DNA of 64,000 nt, from the IMG/VR virus record IMGVR_UViG_3300042876_000347, one strand, 5' to 3'. Numbering within the stretch: position 1 is the stretch's first letter; each line of letters starts with the position of its first letter. The translations under genes and the position numbers were made by a program. Under the pieces are notes generated by a model, which had not been told where the DNA came from, ran no database searches, and saw only the letters and a program-made list of their open reading frames with translations. Below are positions 29,350-38,500 of this stretch, piece after piece. This DNA comes from an uncultured virus (IMG/VR IMGVR_UViG_3300042876_000347) (taxonomy: Duplodnaviria > Heunggongvirae > Uroviricota > Caudoviricetes).

Positions 29350-29587
29350 TGTTGAAGTGGTGGATGCTGAAGTGGTAGAGGGTGGGGAAGTGCCTGTGCC
29401 TGACCAGCGGGTGGAGCAGATGCAACTCCTCGCTCAGGGTCTGTTTCAGATCGCTCAGCTAGTCTATGAGTTCGACGCGAGGCTTCAAAACCTGGAGCAA
29501 GCGCACGATGCGCTGTTTGAAGCGATCTATGGTAGTCAGGAAGAGGGCGAAGCTGGCCCCCAGATCCCGGCTACGGAGGTCAAGTGA
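29342..29587 (+). CDS. Acidic coiled-coil hypothetical protein
   Basis: Coupled ORF with SD. Confidence 0.6.
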   Translation: MSDVEVVDAEVVEGGEVPVPDQRVEQMQLLAQGLFQIAQLVYEFDARLQNLEQAHDALFEAIYGSQEEGEAGPQIPATEVK

Positions 29588-30288
29588 GCGCCAAGATCCT
29601 CCTCGTTGACATTGAGTGTACCAACCTAAACGCAGACTTTGGTGTCTGCCTAGCCTTTGGCTACAAGTGGTTTGGTGATAAGAAGGCGAAGTGCATCACG
29701 GTGCATGATCACCCCGGGGCGAATGTCCTTGACGACAAGCCCCTACTAGTGGAGGCGAGCAAGATCTGGGCGGAAGCGGACATCGTAGTGACGTGGTATG
29801 GGTTAGGTTTCGACCAGCCCTTTCTAAATTCCAGGCTGATTTTCCATCGCCTTCCAATCCTAAAGGACGTGTACCATCTCGATCTTTGGAAGACCTCACG
29901 GAAGCAGCTGAAGTTCAGGAACAACCGGCTCGCTACAGTTAGTGAAGCCCTCAGGACCACGCAGAAGAAGACCCCCATTGATCCTGATGCTTGGATCAAA
30001 ATTCTCTTCGGTGATAAGAAGGCGATGAAGTACATCAAGGAGCACTGCCTTGCAGATGTGGATACGCTAGAGGAGGTCTACGAGCTCATGAGGCCCCTCG
30101 TGAAGGCCCATCCTCGGGTCACGCATGACAACTGGAAGTGCAGGAGTTGCGGCTCTGACAGGCTGGTTCGCCGGGGCTGGAAGTACTCAGCTGCCAAGGG
30201 TAAGCAGATTCAAACTGTCTGCAAGGCCTGTGGTTCCTGGACCGCTCTAAACATGAAGGAGAGTGCAAAACTAGATGAAACCGTCTAG
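29584..30288 (+). CDS. DEDD / RNase H-like exonuclease with C-terminal zinc ribbon
   Basis: VDIE, WYG..FD and HCLADV motifs; CRSC...CKAC. Confidence 0.88.
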   Translation: MSAKILLVDIECTNLNADFGVCLAFGYKWFGDKKAKCITVHDHPGANVLDDKPLLVEASKIWAEADIVVTWYGLGFDQPFLNSRLIFHRLPILKDVYHLDLWKTSRKQLKFRNNRLATVSEALRTTQKKTPIDPDAWIKILFGDKKAMKYIKEHCLADVDTLEEVYELMRPLVKAHPRVTHDNWKCRSCGSDRLVRRGWKYSAAKGKQIQTVCKACGSWTALNMKESAKLDETV

Positions 30289-30820
30289 GAGGATCCTCCT
30301 CCTAGGTTGTGGCTCGAAGCCTTATCTCCAACGCGTGTCGCTTAGTGGGCTCCCTCAGACTTTTGAGGGAGCCGAAGTTGTTGGAGTAGACTTTGTGCAT
30401 ACCCACAACCCGGAGGTAGTGTTTGATCTTAACCAGAAGCCTTGGACCTTTGCCCGAGAGGGGGAGTTTGATGAAGTGCACGCCTATGACTTGCTAGAGC
30501 ACCTTGGCGCTCAAGGCGACTTCAAGACTTTCTTTGATGACTTCTACGAGATCTGGCGAGTCCTGAAAGTTGGTGGCCTCCTCTATGCTCTCTGCCCCTG
30601 GTGGCAGAGCGAGTGGGCATGGGCGGACCCTGGCCACACTCGGATCATCAGCCCTTATACACTTACCTACCTTGACAAGAAGGAGTACAGGAACCAGATT
30701 GGGAGAACCTCCATGACTGACTACAGGGGGTGGTGGAATGGGAACTTTCAGTACTTCCATGGTGAGCAGATGGGTGATGCTTTTGTGTTTGTGCTAAGAA
30801 AGAAGGAGAGGGATGGCTAG
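30275..30820 (+). CDS. Class I SAM-dependent methyltransferase-like protein
   Basis: LLGCG, DLN..PW, LLEHL, RVLKVGG and DPGH motifs. Confidence 0.85.
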   Translation: MKPSRRILLLGCGSKPYLQRVSLSGLPQTFEGAEVVGVDFVHTHNPEVVFDLNQKPWTFAREGEFDEVHAYDLLEHLGAQGDFKTFFDDFYEIWRVLKVGGLLYALCPWWQSEWAWADPGHTRIISPYTLTYLDKKEYRNQIGRTSMTDYRGWWNGNFQYFHGEQMGDAFVFVLRKKERDG

Positions 30821-31678
30821 GAAGGAAATTAAGACTAAAGCAGGAAGTGTGTGGGTGGAGGAGAATCCGCTTATTGATCTCAGGACTAAGGAGTGGGCGG
30901 AGCGGCTGATAGACGTGGTGCGTGTGGATGAACTCTACGCTTTGATCCAGGAGATTCGTGATGAAGCTAAGGATGAAGTGAATGAAACCTACTTCTGAGG
31001 ACTCCGGCATCCTAGGCTTCACTCACCCCGATGACCCCTCCTTGCTACGCCAGCTTGGAGAGCGTAAGCTAGAACTCGGCCCCCTAGCTGGCCCATCAGT
31101 GTTAGAGGCCTACTTGGATGCCTGCCAGAAGGCCCCGTTTGCTAGTGAGGACACTAAGAGGAAGTGGAGGAAAAGGCTCGGGCTATGATGACTGACGAAG
31201 AAGTTAAAGCATGGCATGAAGCTAATAACGCACGCTTGATCCATGAGGACAACATCAACACTGCCATTAAGCAGCAAAGGGAGCGGTTCCAAAGCACCTA
31301 CGGTGTAGGCCTAATGTTGATCAATGCCCTAACAGAGGACCTACGGCAGCTTGGGTCTGCTTTTCCTTACGATGAGCTCTTAAAAGCACGTTGCCCGCAT
31401 TGTGGGGAGGAGTTACTAGGGTGAAAGGCCGCAACTACACCCATCAGGAAGGTCTTAATATCCTCTCCTGGGGCTACAAGGGGCTTCGTGATGATGAGTG
31501 GGATAAGCAAGATCCTGTGCAGCCACAGAACCAGCCACCTCCTGCTGCTATGCCTAGTCCCGCTATAGAACTTCAGCAATACCTAGCTACGATGAAGCCA
31601 GGGGACAGGGTGCCAGTGGTGGCTACTTCTGTGCAGTATAGTGAATACCTTAGAGGTGGCTATGGCTATGGTTATTAA
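30813..31678 (+). other. Four small hypothetical ORFs
   Basis: Coupled ORFs at 30813-30998, 30982-31188, about 31185-31424 and 31421-31678. Confidence 0.6.
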
Positions 31679-33260
31679 GCCCTCCACTTGTAAGGGCTGC
31701 CCACTTGAAACCCTAGGTTCTGGCTTCGCCCTCACCGATGGTAAGGGGGAGCAGGAGGTGCTAGTTGTCGCAGAAGCGTTGGGCCAAGATGAGGCGAGAG
31801 CCGGTCGCCCTCTTGTCGGGCAGGCAGGAAAGACCTGGGACCGCATTGTCTCTCGAACACATGATCCATTTCTGGGACGCACTCTCCAAAGAGACGACTT
31901 CCTCCACGCAAATGTCCTCAACTGCCAACCCCCAGGAAACATCCTCGTCAAGGCCCCTTATGAGTTCGGAGCAATCAGCCACTGCCGACCCCACCTGGAG
32001 AAAACACTTAGGGATTTCAAGCCGAAGGCGATTGTAACCCTTGGGAACACACCGCTTAGATGGTTTACCGGGCAGTGGGGAGTCGAGAGCCTCAGGGGGT
32101 ACATCTTCGAAACCGAGTGGGGACCAGTCGTCCCCACCTACCACCCGAGTTACATTCAACGGGGTAATTTCCATCTTGCCCGAGTTGTCCAGCTTGATCT
32201 ACTTAAAGCACTTACGGTCGCTAGAAAAGGGGTCAAGCATTTTGTCCTACCTAAAGCGTACGACATCAACCCTATGGCGGGGGACTTCCAGGACTTCATA
32301 ACTAGGTACAAAGCTGCTGGTTGCCCCCCGCTAGCGTTCGACATTGAGACCCCCTACGGCTCAGCTTCCAAGGACGAAGACATGACCTTCGAGCAAGATG
32401 AAAGCTACACAATCCTCATGGTCAGCTTCGCCTTCGAGCCATTCAAGGCAGTCTCGGTACCGTGGATTGAGCCATACATCAGCATGACCAAAGAGCTTTT
32501 GGCTCTCCCTGGCACTAAGCTCTCCTGGAATGGCATCTCCTTTGACATCCCGCGCTTGCAGGCCAATGGCGTAACCTTTGGGGGCGAACTCGTAGATGTC
32601 ATGCTAGCGTGGCATTGGCTGGAGCCCTCGCTGCCAATGGGCCTCAAGTGGGTAGCCCCCTTCTACTGCCCCGATATGCCACCCTGGAAGTTGCAGATGC
32701 ATCAGAACTTCTCCTGGTACAACGCAGCGGACTCAGACGTTTTGCTTAGGGTATTCCTAGGGGTGAGGAAGGAGCTTGAGGAGCAGGGCCGGTGGAAGGT
32801 CTTCGAGAGGCACTTTGTGGAGTTCGGCAAGACTCTACAGAGGATGACCACTCGTGGAGTCACGGTGGATCACGTGGCTAGGAAAGCCGCTAGGGAGCAC
32901 TTTGAAGCTAGGTTCTCGGAGACTGTAGCGCAGGCTCAGGCTCTCGCTCCCAAGGAGGTCTGCCCCTCGGACCCACCGCGTGGCTATAAGAAAACAGAAG
33001 AGCAACTAAAGGAAACTGGCCTATGGCAGGAAGGCTCTATGCGACGTATTCTTGTAGAGCTCTCCCCCAAGGACCTGGAGGTGCGTGAACGTGTCGAAGA
33101 AAGAGCTAAGCGCCGAGCAGAGAAGAAAGCGGAACTTGAAAAGAAGCGCGCAGAGAAAGCGGCAGAAAGAGAAGCTAAGAGAGCAGCTAAGGCCCTCCTC
33201 AAAGCTACTAGAAAGCCTAGAAGTACTACTAAACGAAGAACTAAGGAGGTGGCAAGCTAA
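31662..33260 (+). CDS. DNA polymerase A N-terminal part: family-4 uracil-DNA glycosylase domain, 3'-5' exonuclease and start of the thumb
   Basis: CKGCPL, AEALG, NVLNC and YHPS (UDG); FDIET, WNG..FD and YNAAD (Exo I-III); RM..RGV.VD. Confidence 0.92.
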   Translation: MAMVIKPSTCKGCPLETLGSGFALTDGKGEQEVLVVAEALGQDEARAGRPLVGQAGKTWDRIVSRTHDPFLGRTLQRDDFLHANVLNCQPPGNILVKAPYEFGAISHCRPHLEKTLRDFKPKAIVTLGNTPLRWFTGQWGVESLRGYIFETEWGPVVPTYHPSYIQRGNFHLARVVQLDLLKALTVARKGVKHFVLPKAYDINPMAGDFQDFITRYKAAGCPPLAFDIETPYGSASKDEDMTFEQDESYTILMVSFAFEPFKAVSVPWIEPYISMTKELLALPGTKLSWNGISFDIPRLQANGVTFGGELVDVMLAWHWLEPSLPMGLKWVAPFYCPDMPPWKLQMHQNFSWYNAADSDVLLRVFLGVRKELEEQGRWKVFERHFVEFGKTLQRMTTRGVTVDHVARKAAREHFEARFSETVAQAQALAPKEVCPSDPPRGYKKTEEQLKETGLWQEGSMRRILVELSPKDLEVRERVEERAKRRAEKKAELEKKRAEKAAEREAKRAAKALLKATRKPRSTTKRRTKEVAS

Positions 33261-33436
33261 TGGCTAATCAGTGCCAGCATCAGCATCTTTGCATTGAGTG
33301 TGGTAAACCCTACAAGTGTGACAAGCCAGAGTGTATGACCCTGCCTGCCAACGACTGGCAAGGGGGCTGTGATGTCTGCCTATGGAATCATGGTTGGCGG
33401 CAAGCCAAGGACCGGGTGCTACTTGAAAGCTTCTAA
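33260..33436 (+). CDS. Cys-rich 58-aa protein inside the polymerase split, not in the ORF track
   Basis: TAATG coupling, AAGGAGG SD; HLCIECGKPYKCDK matches HRCHSCAEEWTCDK of 12002-12418. Confidence 0.75.
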   Translation: MANQCQHQHLCIECGKPYKCDKPECMTLPANDWQGGCDVCLWNHGWRQAKDRVLLESF

Positions 33437-33590
33437 ACTCCCTCCAACCCTAGAAGAACTCTTCAACGAGACCAAGGTCTCCCTCGACGTGGAGGCCCTG
33501 AGTAAGGAAGAGGCGAAGGAGAAGTGGGAGAAGACTGGAGACTTCGCGCTCTTGCCCAAGGGGAAGCGTGGCACTATTAAGCGAAGCTAG
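33372..33590 (+). CDS. Small hypothetical protein inside the polymerase split
   Basis: AGGGGG SD before ATG; overlaps both neighbours. Confidence 0.55.
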   Translation: MSAYGIMVGGKPRTGCYLKASKLPPTLEELFNETKVSLDVEALSKEEAKEKWEKTGDFALLPKGKRGTIKRS

Positions 33591-34752
33591 ATGGACTAAG
33601 GTCGCACCCTTTAACCCACTAAGCTCTAAGCAGGCCCTGGCTTACCTGAAGCTAAAGGGTTACAAGATCCCACTTGAGAGGAAGAGTGGGAAGCCTACTG
33701 CGAATGAAGAAGCCCTAGAGAATATCCTAAGGTACAACAAGGATCCCCTCTTAGAGCTCATGCTTGACTGCCGTCACCTCTCTAAGGCAGTCTCCTACTT
33801 GCAAGACACCGCTATCGGTAGGGATGGGAAGTTCCATCCGATCTATAGCTTTAAGCCTGAAACAGGAAGACTCTCCAGCGTCAGGCCAAACATGCAGAAC
33901 GTGCCCAACGGTGGTGTGGATGCTGAACTCGCGAAGGCAGTTCGCTCTTGTATTGTCCCCTCCCAGCCTGGGATGGTCCTTCTAGAGTGTGACTGGAAAG
34001 CCTGTGAAGCCGTACTCACAGGTTGGTTCGCTGGGGACGATGAGTACATTGCTGCCTCGCAGAAGGACTCTCACTCTTGGTTCGGTGGTTACATCCTTCG
34101 TGAGCTAGGCATCATCAAGGATGTTCCCTCGCCTAAGAGCGATGGCTTCATGGACTTCGCACACTGGCTTAAGAAAGAGCACCCGAAGGTTAGGAAAGAG
34201 GCCAAGCAGGTCAACCTAGCCACTGGCTATGGCATGCAGTGGAAGCACCTTTCCGAAGTCTTGCGCTGTAGTGCTGCTCAGGCTAAGCGCTACCTTGCCA
34301 TCAAGGCTGCGATGGCACCTAAGATTGAAGCATGGAAGAACGCCACTTGGCTGGAGGCTCACAGGAAGGGCTTCTTAGAGACACCATTTGGTTATCGCTC
34401 TTACTTCTGGAATGTCCTTCAACCTATCAAGTCTAAGCCTGGGAAGTTTCGCCCGGGTAAGGAAGCCAACGAAGCCCTAGCTTTCCGGCCTCAAAGCACT
34501 GGCGCTGCCATGCTACGAGAGGTCATGCTGGAGATTGAACTCTACAATGGAATTGAATCTGGCGGGCTCTTTAACATGCTAGTGCCCATCCATGATGCTA
34601 TCCTGGTGGAGTGTTTCGAAAAAGATGTCCAAGCCTGTATGGATGTGATTGTTCCTAGCATGGCCCGATCCTGGGTGGAGCTAGGTGGCCTTTCCATCGG
34701 GGCTGACTGCAAGTCTGGCCCGAGGTGGAGTGAAATGGAGGAGGAAGACTAG
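33568..34752 (+). CDS. DNA polymerase A C-terminal part (thumb, fingers, palm)
   Basis: FNPLSSKQ, TGRLSS..PNMQN, motif A DWKACE, motif B RKEAKQVNLATGYG, motif C IHDA. Confidence 0.95.
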   Translation: MALLSEARWTKVAPFNPLSSKQALAYLKLKGYKIPLERKSGKPTANEEALENILRYNKDPLLELMLDCRHLSKAVSYLQDTAIGRDGKFHPIYSFKPETGRLSSVRPNMQNVPNGGVDAELAKAVRSCIVPSQPGMVLLECDWKACEAVLTGWFAGDDEYIAASQKDSHSWFGGYILRELGIIKDVPSPKSDGFMDFAHWLKKEHPKVRKEAKQVNLATGYGMQWKHLSEVLRCSAAQAKRYLAIKAAMAPKIEAWKNATWLEAHRKGFLETPFGYRSYFWNVLQPIKSKPGKFRPGKEANEALAFRPQSTGAAMLREVMLEIELYNGIESGGLFNMLVPIHDAILVECFEKDVQACMDVIVPSMARSWVELGGLSIGADCKSGPRWSEMEEED

Positions 34753-34919
34753 TGAGCCTTTGGAAACTCGCGAGTGCAGTGCAGCAACTCGACCTATACC
34801 TAGACGAAACAAAAGAGCCGGACCTCGAAAGGATCCGGCCCTTGGTACATCGTATTAGTGAAGCCTACCTGAACTACGCCTTCACTACCTATAACAAAGA
34901 GTTGACACTCCCTGAGTAG
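34752..34919 (+). CDS. Small hypothetical protein (55 aa), not in the ORF track
   Basis: GTG overlapping the pol stop, GGAGG SD. Confidence 0.5.
   Translation: MSLWKLASAVQQLDLYLDETKEPDLERIRPLVHRISEAYLNYAFTTYNKELTLPE
34807..34843 (-). terminator. Terminator of the late (-) transcript
   Basis: AAGGGCCGGATCCT-TTCG-AGGTCCGGCTC followed by TTTTGTTT on -. Confidence 0.7.
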
Positions 34920-34930
34920 GGTGCTACCCT
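34902..34930 (+). promoter_or_regulatory. Sigma-70-like promoter facing into the late operon
   Basis: TTGACA-N17-TACCCT with TGn extension. Confidence 0.5.
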
Positions 34931-34988
34931 ATCCTTATAGTTAAGGACTAAGAGAGAAAGTCCTCGCGGGGGCGGCGCGAGTAAGAAG

Positions 34989-35516
34989 TTACCGCCCAGA
35001 CGTTCTTGCGAGCCTTCGGGCTCGCATTTGCTCTATCTTGGCCATGAGCTCCTTATAGCGTAGGTCTGGGTCTCCTGCAGCTGTTCTGGCTGCTAGCTCA
35101 CTTGGCCGTCCTGCTTCAACCATCCACTCAGCATCATCAGGGGTGAGCCCTGAGGTCATGTACTCTGCGCGAAGCTTGCGCATTCCGGGTAGGTAGGCTT
35201 GGTCCATTTGATCAACGCCCCCTCCGTATAGCTGGTCAACATGCTCAATCTCATGGCGACGCTCCCAGGGCTGAGCCTTGGGGCTCACCCTAATCTTAGG
35301 GATGCCTTCTAAGCGCTGGCCATAGGTGCCCGGTTCGAACTCACCAACCTCTTCTACAAAGGGATAACCCCTAGGTGTGCGCTTAGCCCCCTTGAGGGGA
35401 ACTCCTGGCATCATTTCAGCAAAGCGTTTCTCTGCATCTTGCACACTAGGATACTGTAGTGTGCTCAGCCCCTGTGGCTGTGCTGGCGCTGGTGGTCGCA
35501 TCAACTGGTCCGCCAT
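34989..35516 (-). CDS. Putative zincin-like metallopeptidase (virion/ejected)
   Basis: RHEIEHVDQ (HExxH) with downstream ELAAR. Confidence 0.6.
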   Translation of the reverse strand: MADQLMRPPAPAQPQGLSTLQYPSVQDAEKRFAEMMPGVPLKGAKRTPRGYPFVEEVGEFEPGTYGQRLEGIPKIRVSPKAQPWERRHEIEHVDQLYGGGVDQMDQAYLPGMRKLRAEYMTSGLTPDDAEWMVEAGRPSELAARTAAGDPDLRYKELMAKIEQMRARRLARTSGR

Positions 35517-38500
35517 TAGTCTTTCACCTCTTCTTCTAGATCACTCTTGAGGAAGCCCTTGAGGGCTGGGAGCTTCAGCTTCGCGCCACCAAAGGTCAGG
35601 GTCTTCTCCCTTACATCCTTGTTCACAGGCTGAATCTTGCCTGCCTTCCAATTCTGCACAACCTGTCGCTTCATTCTCCGATTAACCCCATAGACCTCGT
35701 TGAGCTTAGCAATGCGCATAGCTAGCGCCTTGCGCTGCTGCTCTGTGGTCTTCGCCTTATAGGAGGGGCTCTCGATGAACTCACTCAGAACCTTCGTGAT
35801 CAGTGGCATGTAAAGCTTGTCGTGATCCGCCAGCTCACGAGCGCTAGCGGTGTAGTACAGACGCTTGCCGAACTTGTCCTTACCAGGGAGGCTGACATTC
35901 ACACCTAGGCGTGGGTCCCCAACTCCAAGGCGTCTTTGCTCTTTCGCTAGCTTAGTGGTTTGCTCTCGCGTGGCCCCAGTTGCCCAGTCTTCCTTACTGC
36001 CTAGTCCTGCGCTCACGCCTGTGCCTAGAAGCATCATCGGAATTAGAGCTAGGTGCTTTGGGTTTTCCTTGGTGATATTGATGAAGTCCTCAACGCTGAG
36101 GGGGCTCAGGATATCCCTTGCAGTCTGCTGTGCTTCGTCCCAGTTCTCTGGGGCCTTGGGTGCCTTCCCGCTCGGGGAACGCTGCCCTGTGATGGCATCA
36201 TAGAGCATGCCGCCTCCCGGTGACATCTTGCTCCGAGCGAACCGCATAAGTGTTACCGCCGGGTTCTTCGGAACTACCTTGCCTGTGGAGACTTCCTTCT
36301 CGGAGCCAGTGATCACCTGGAAGGCAGTGCGGATGGGCTGCTGGAAGCTGGCCCAGGTATCCACTACGGTGTTGCCTAGTTTGATCTTAGCGAAGTTGCT
36401 GCTCCTGGGGTCGAGGTCGACTTCAGGTTCCTCGCCAGCTAGGGTAGCTAGGGCAGTTAGGCTGCCAACTAGCGCAAGGTTAGCTGCAACCGCTCTCAGT
36501 GCTGTCCCTCTCGCGTACGCCTTCGCCTCTGGGGTAGTGTAGTTGTTAAACCCAGTCATGGCGTTCTTAATCATCCTAAGCCTAGAGCTCTGCATCTGCT
36601 GAGAGAAGACCATCAGGTTGACATACTTAGCTGCGTCCCCACTTACGAAGCCCTGACCCCTAGAAGCTGCGTTGTTGATCATATGGGCGATCTCCCTCAC
36701 TGCCTCATGAGGAGCCTTGGAGGAAGAGAGCTCGACATAGTTCATTGCATGCTTGAAAGCATCGAGCATAGCGCGGTCCTGGTAGTAGGTATAGGACCTC
36801 TCTGAGCCCTCAACTACGCTCTCTAGGAACTTAGCTGGGTGCTTCACGCCAGGGAGCTTTTGGCCAAGTTTTAGGGCTTGTACTAGTGGCTGTTTACCAA
36901 AGAACGCTTCCTGCTGCGCTGTGCCTTCCCCTGTGAAGTTAACCCCTGCTTCCTTAGCGAGTTTCCAGTCGGGGTCATCGGTCATCTCTTTCCTGAGCTG
37001 TTCCCCTCCTGCCTTCTTCCAGGAGGCCACCATATCCCCTAGGTTCTTCCTTAGCTGGTTATCCTTCCTCCACACCTTTGGATCCCTGAAGGCCTGATCC
37101 ATCGTGAGCATCCAGGTCTGGCGAAGTGGGTTTGAAAGGTCAGCAATCGTCTTCATGGTGGTGCTCACGTTGAATGCACTACCAAGCCAACTCGCGATTG
37201 CCTTACTCCTAGTTACATGGGCGGGTTCGATGCCTTTCCTAGGGTTAGGCCTAGTAGCCTTAAGGGCGTCTTCCAGCTCTAGGCGCTTGGCTTTTGGGAT
37301 TGCAGCACCAGCACTCTTACCAGGAAAAGGCTTCATTTGCCTCTCACCTGCAGACCTGTGCTGCAGGGCAATCTGATGAATTGCTTCCATATAGGCAGCT
37401 GCGCGCTGAGCCTTGGGCAGTTCTCCAAGGTTTACCTGTCCATCAATGATCTTGATTGCGGTAAGCGACGTTGGGTAGCGCTTAACGATCTCCTTTACGA
37501 GGGCTACTGTCTCCGGTGTGGCCTTGGTGTCAGACCTAGCATCAGCGGATACCTTCTCAAGCAGGGCATCAGCCTTCTTGCCGAAGCCTAGTCGAGGAGG
37601 TGGAGGCTGCATTCCAAGAGCATCACCCTCAGCTTCCTTTAGCCCCTTAAGGGTCTTCCGCTCCTCAGGTGTGAGGCTCGCATACTTCTCTCTTCCCTGT
37701 AGGGTCTTCATGCTGGAAGAGATGTCACTCGCAGCTCTTTCTGCCTCTGCTTGCTGCATGGCAGCATTCCGCTGGTAGCGCTTGTTTAGTATGGCGCTGT
37801 CAACAAACTGGCTCTCGACTTCGGAGCCTAGGAGTTCATCTGGCCGAAGTTCGATCTCGTTTCCGACCTTCTCGTTCCGGTCCATCCAGCGGAAGCGCCG
37901 TGCGGTTTCCGCCTCACCCGTCCTCTTGCCTTTCCTCTCCGGGTGCGTACGCATTCGCATAGGCAGAGCAGGATCAAGGGTAGGTGGCAGGGTGGCTTGG
38001 TTCCCACCCTTACCTGATGGCATCCCAATAGCACCCTCGTACTTCTGAGGGAACACCCCGCCAGGGTACTCATTAGGATTCATGTCATAGGTCTTCTTGG
38101 TTAGCTGCTCCCGCCTAACTGGAGCCTGCCCCTTCTTCGCGCCTTCAGCCTTGGAGGGCCGAAGGTCAACTGGCCCCTGAACGTTAGGTTTTCCGTAGAG
38201 GGCAATCTGGGAGCGCTCAGGCGAAGCTCCTGCCGGAGGCGGGGTCATTGGCTTGCTGGGCTGTCCAGGCTTGAGGTCCGACCAGAACTCTTCTACCTGC
38301 TTTAGGTTAGCCTTCTCGTAACGCTCTGCCCCGCCGATACGCTCGTAGGCCTTTTGCACCTCCGCCTGCGCTGCGGGGTTATTCTTGTAGCCCTTCTCAA
38401 CCGCATCCTCATAGACCAGCCGTGTGGCATCGAGCTCGCTGAACTTCTTGCCAGCCTCTGGCATAACAGTCCCTAGCTCGGTGATGCTCTTCAGCCCGCG

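Noticed and set aside
33261..33567. Group I/II intron or intein in the polymerase gap
   Set aside because: No recognisable intron core or intein terminal motifs; the gap is filled by two SD-led ORFs, one sharing a motif with another gene in the genome. A covariance search would be needed to exclude an intron fully
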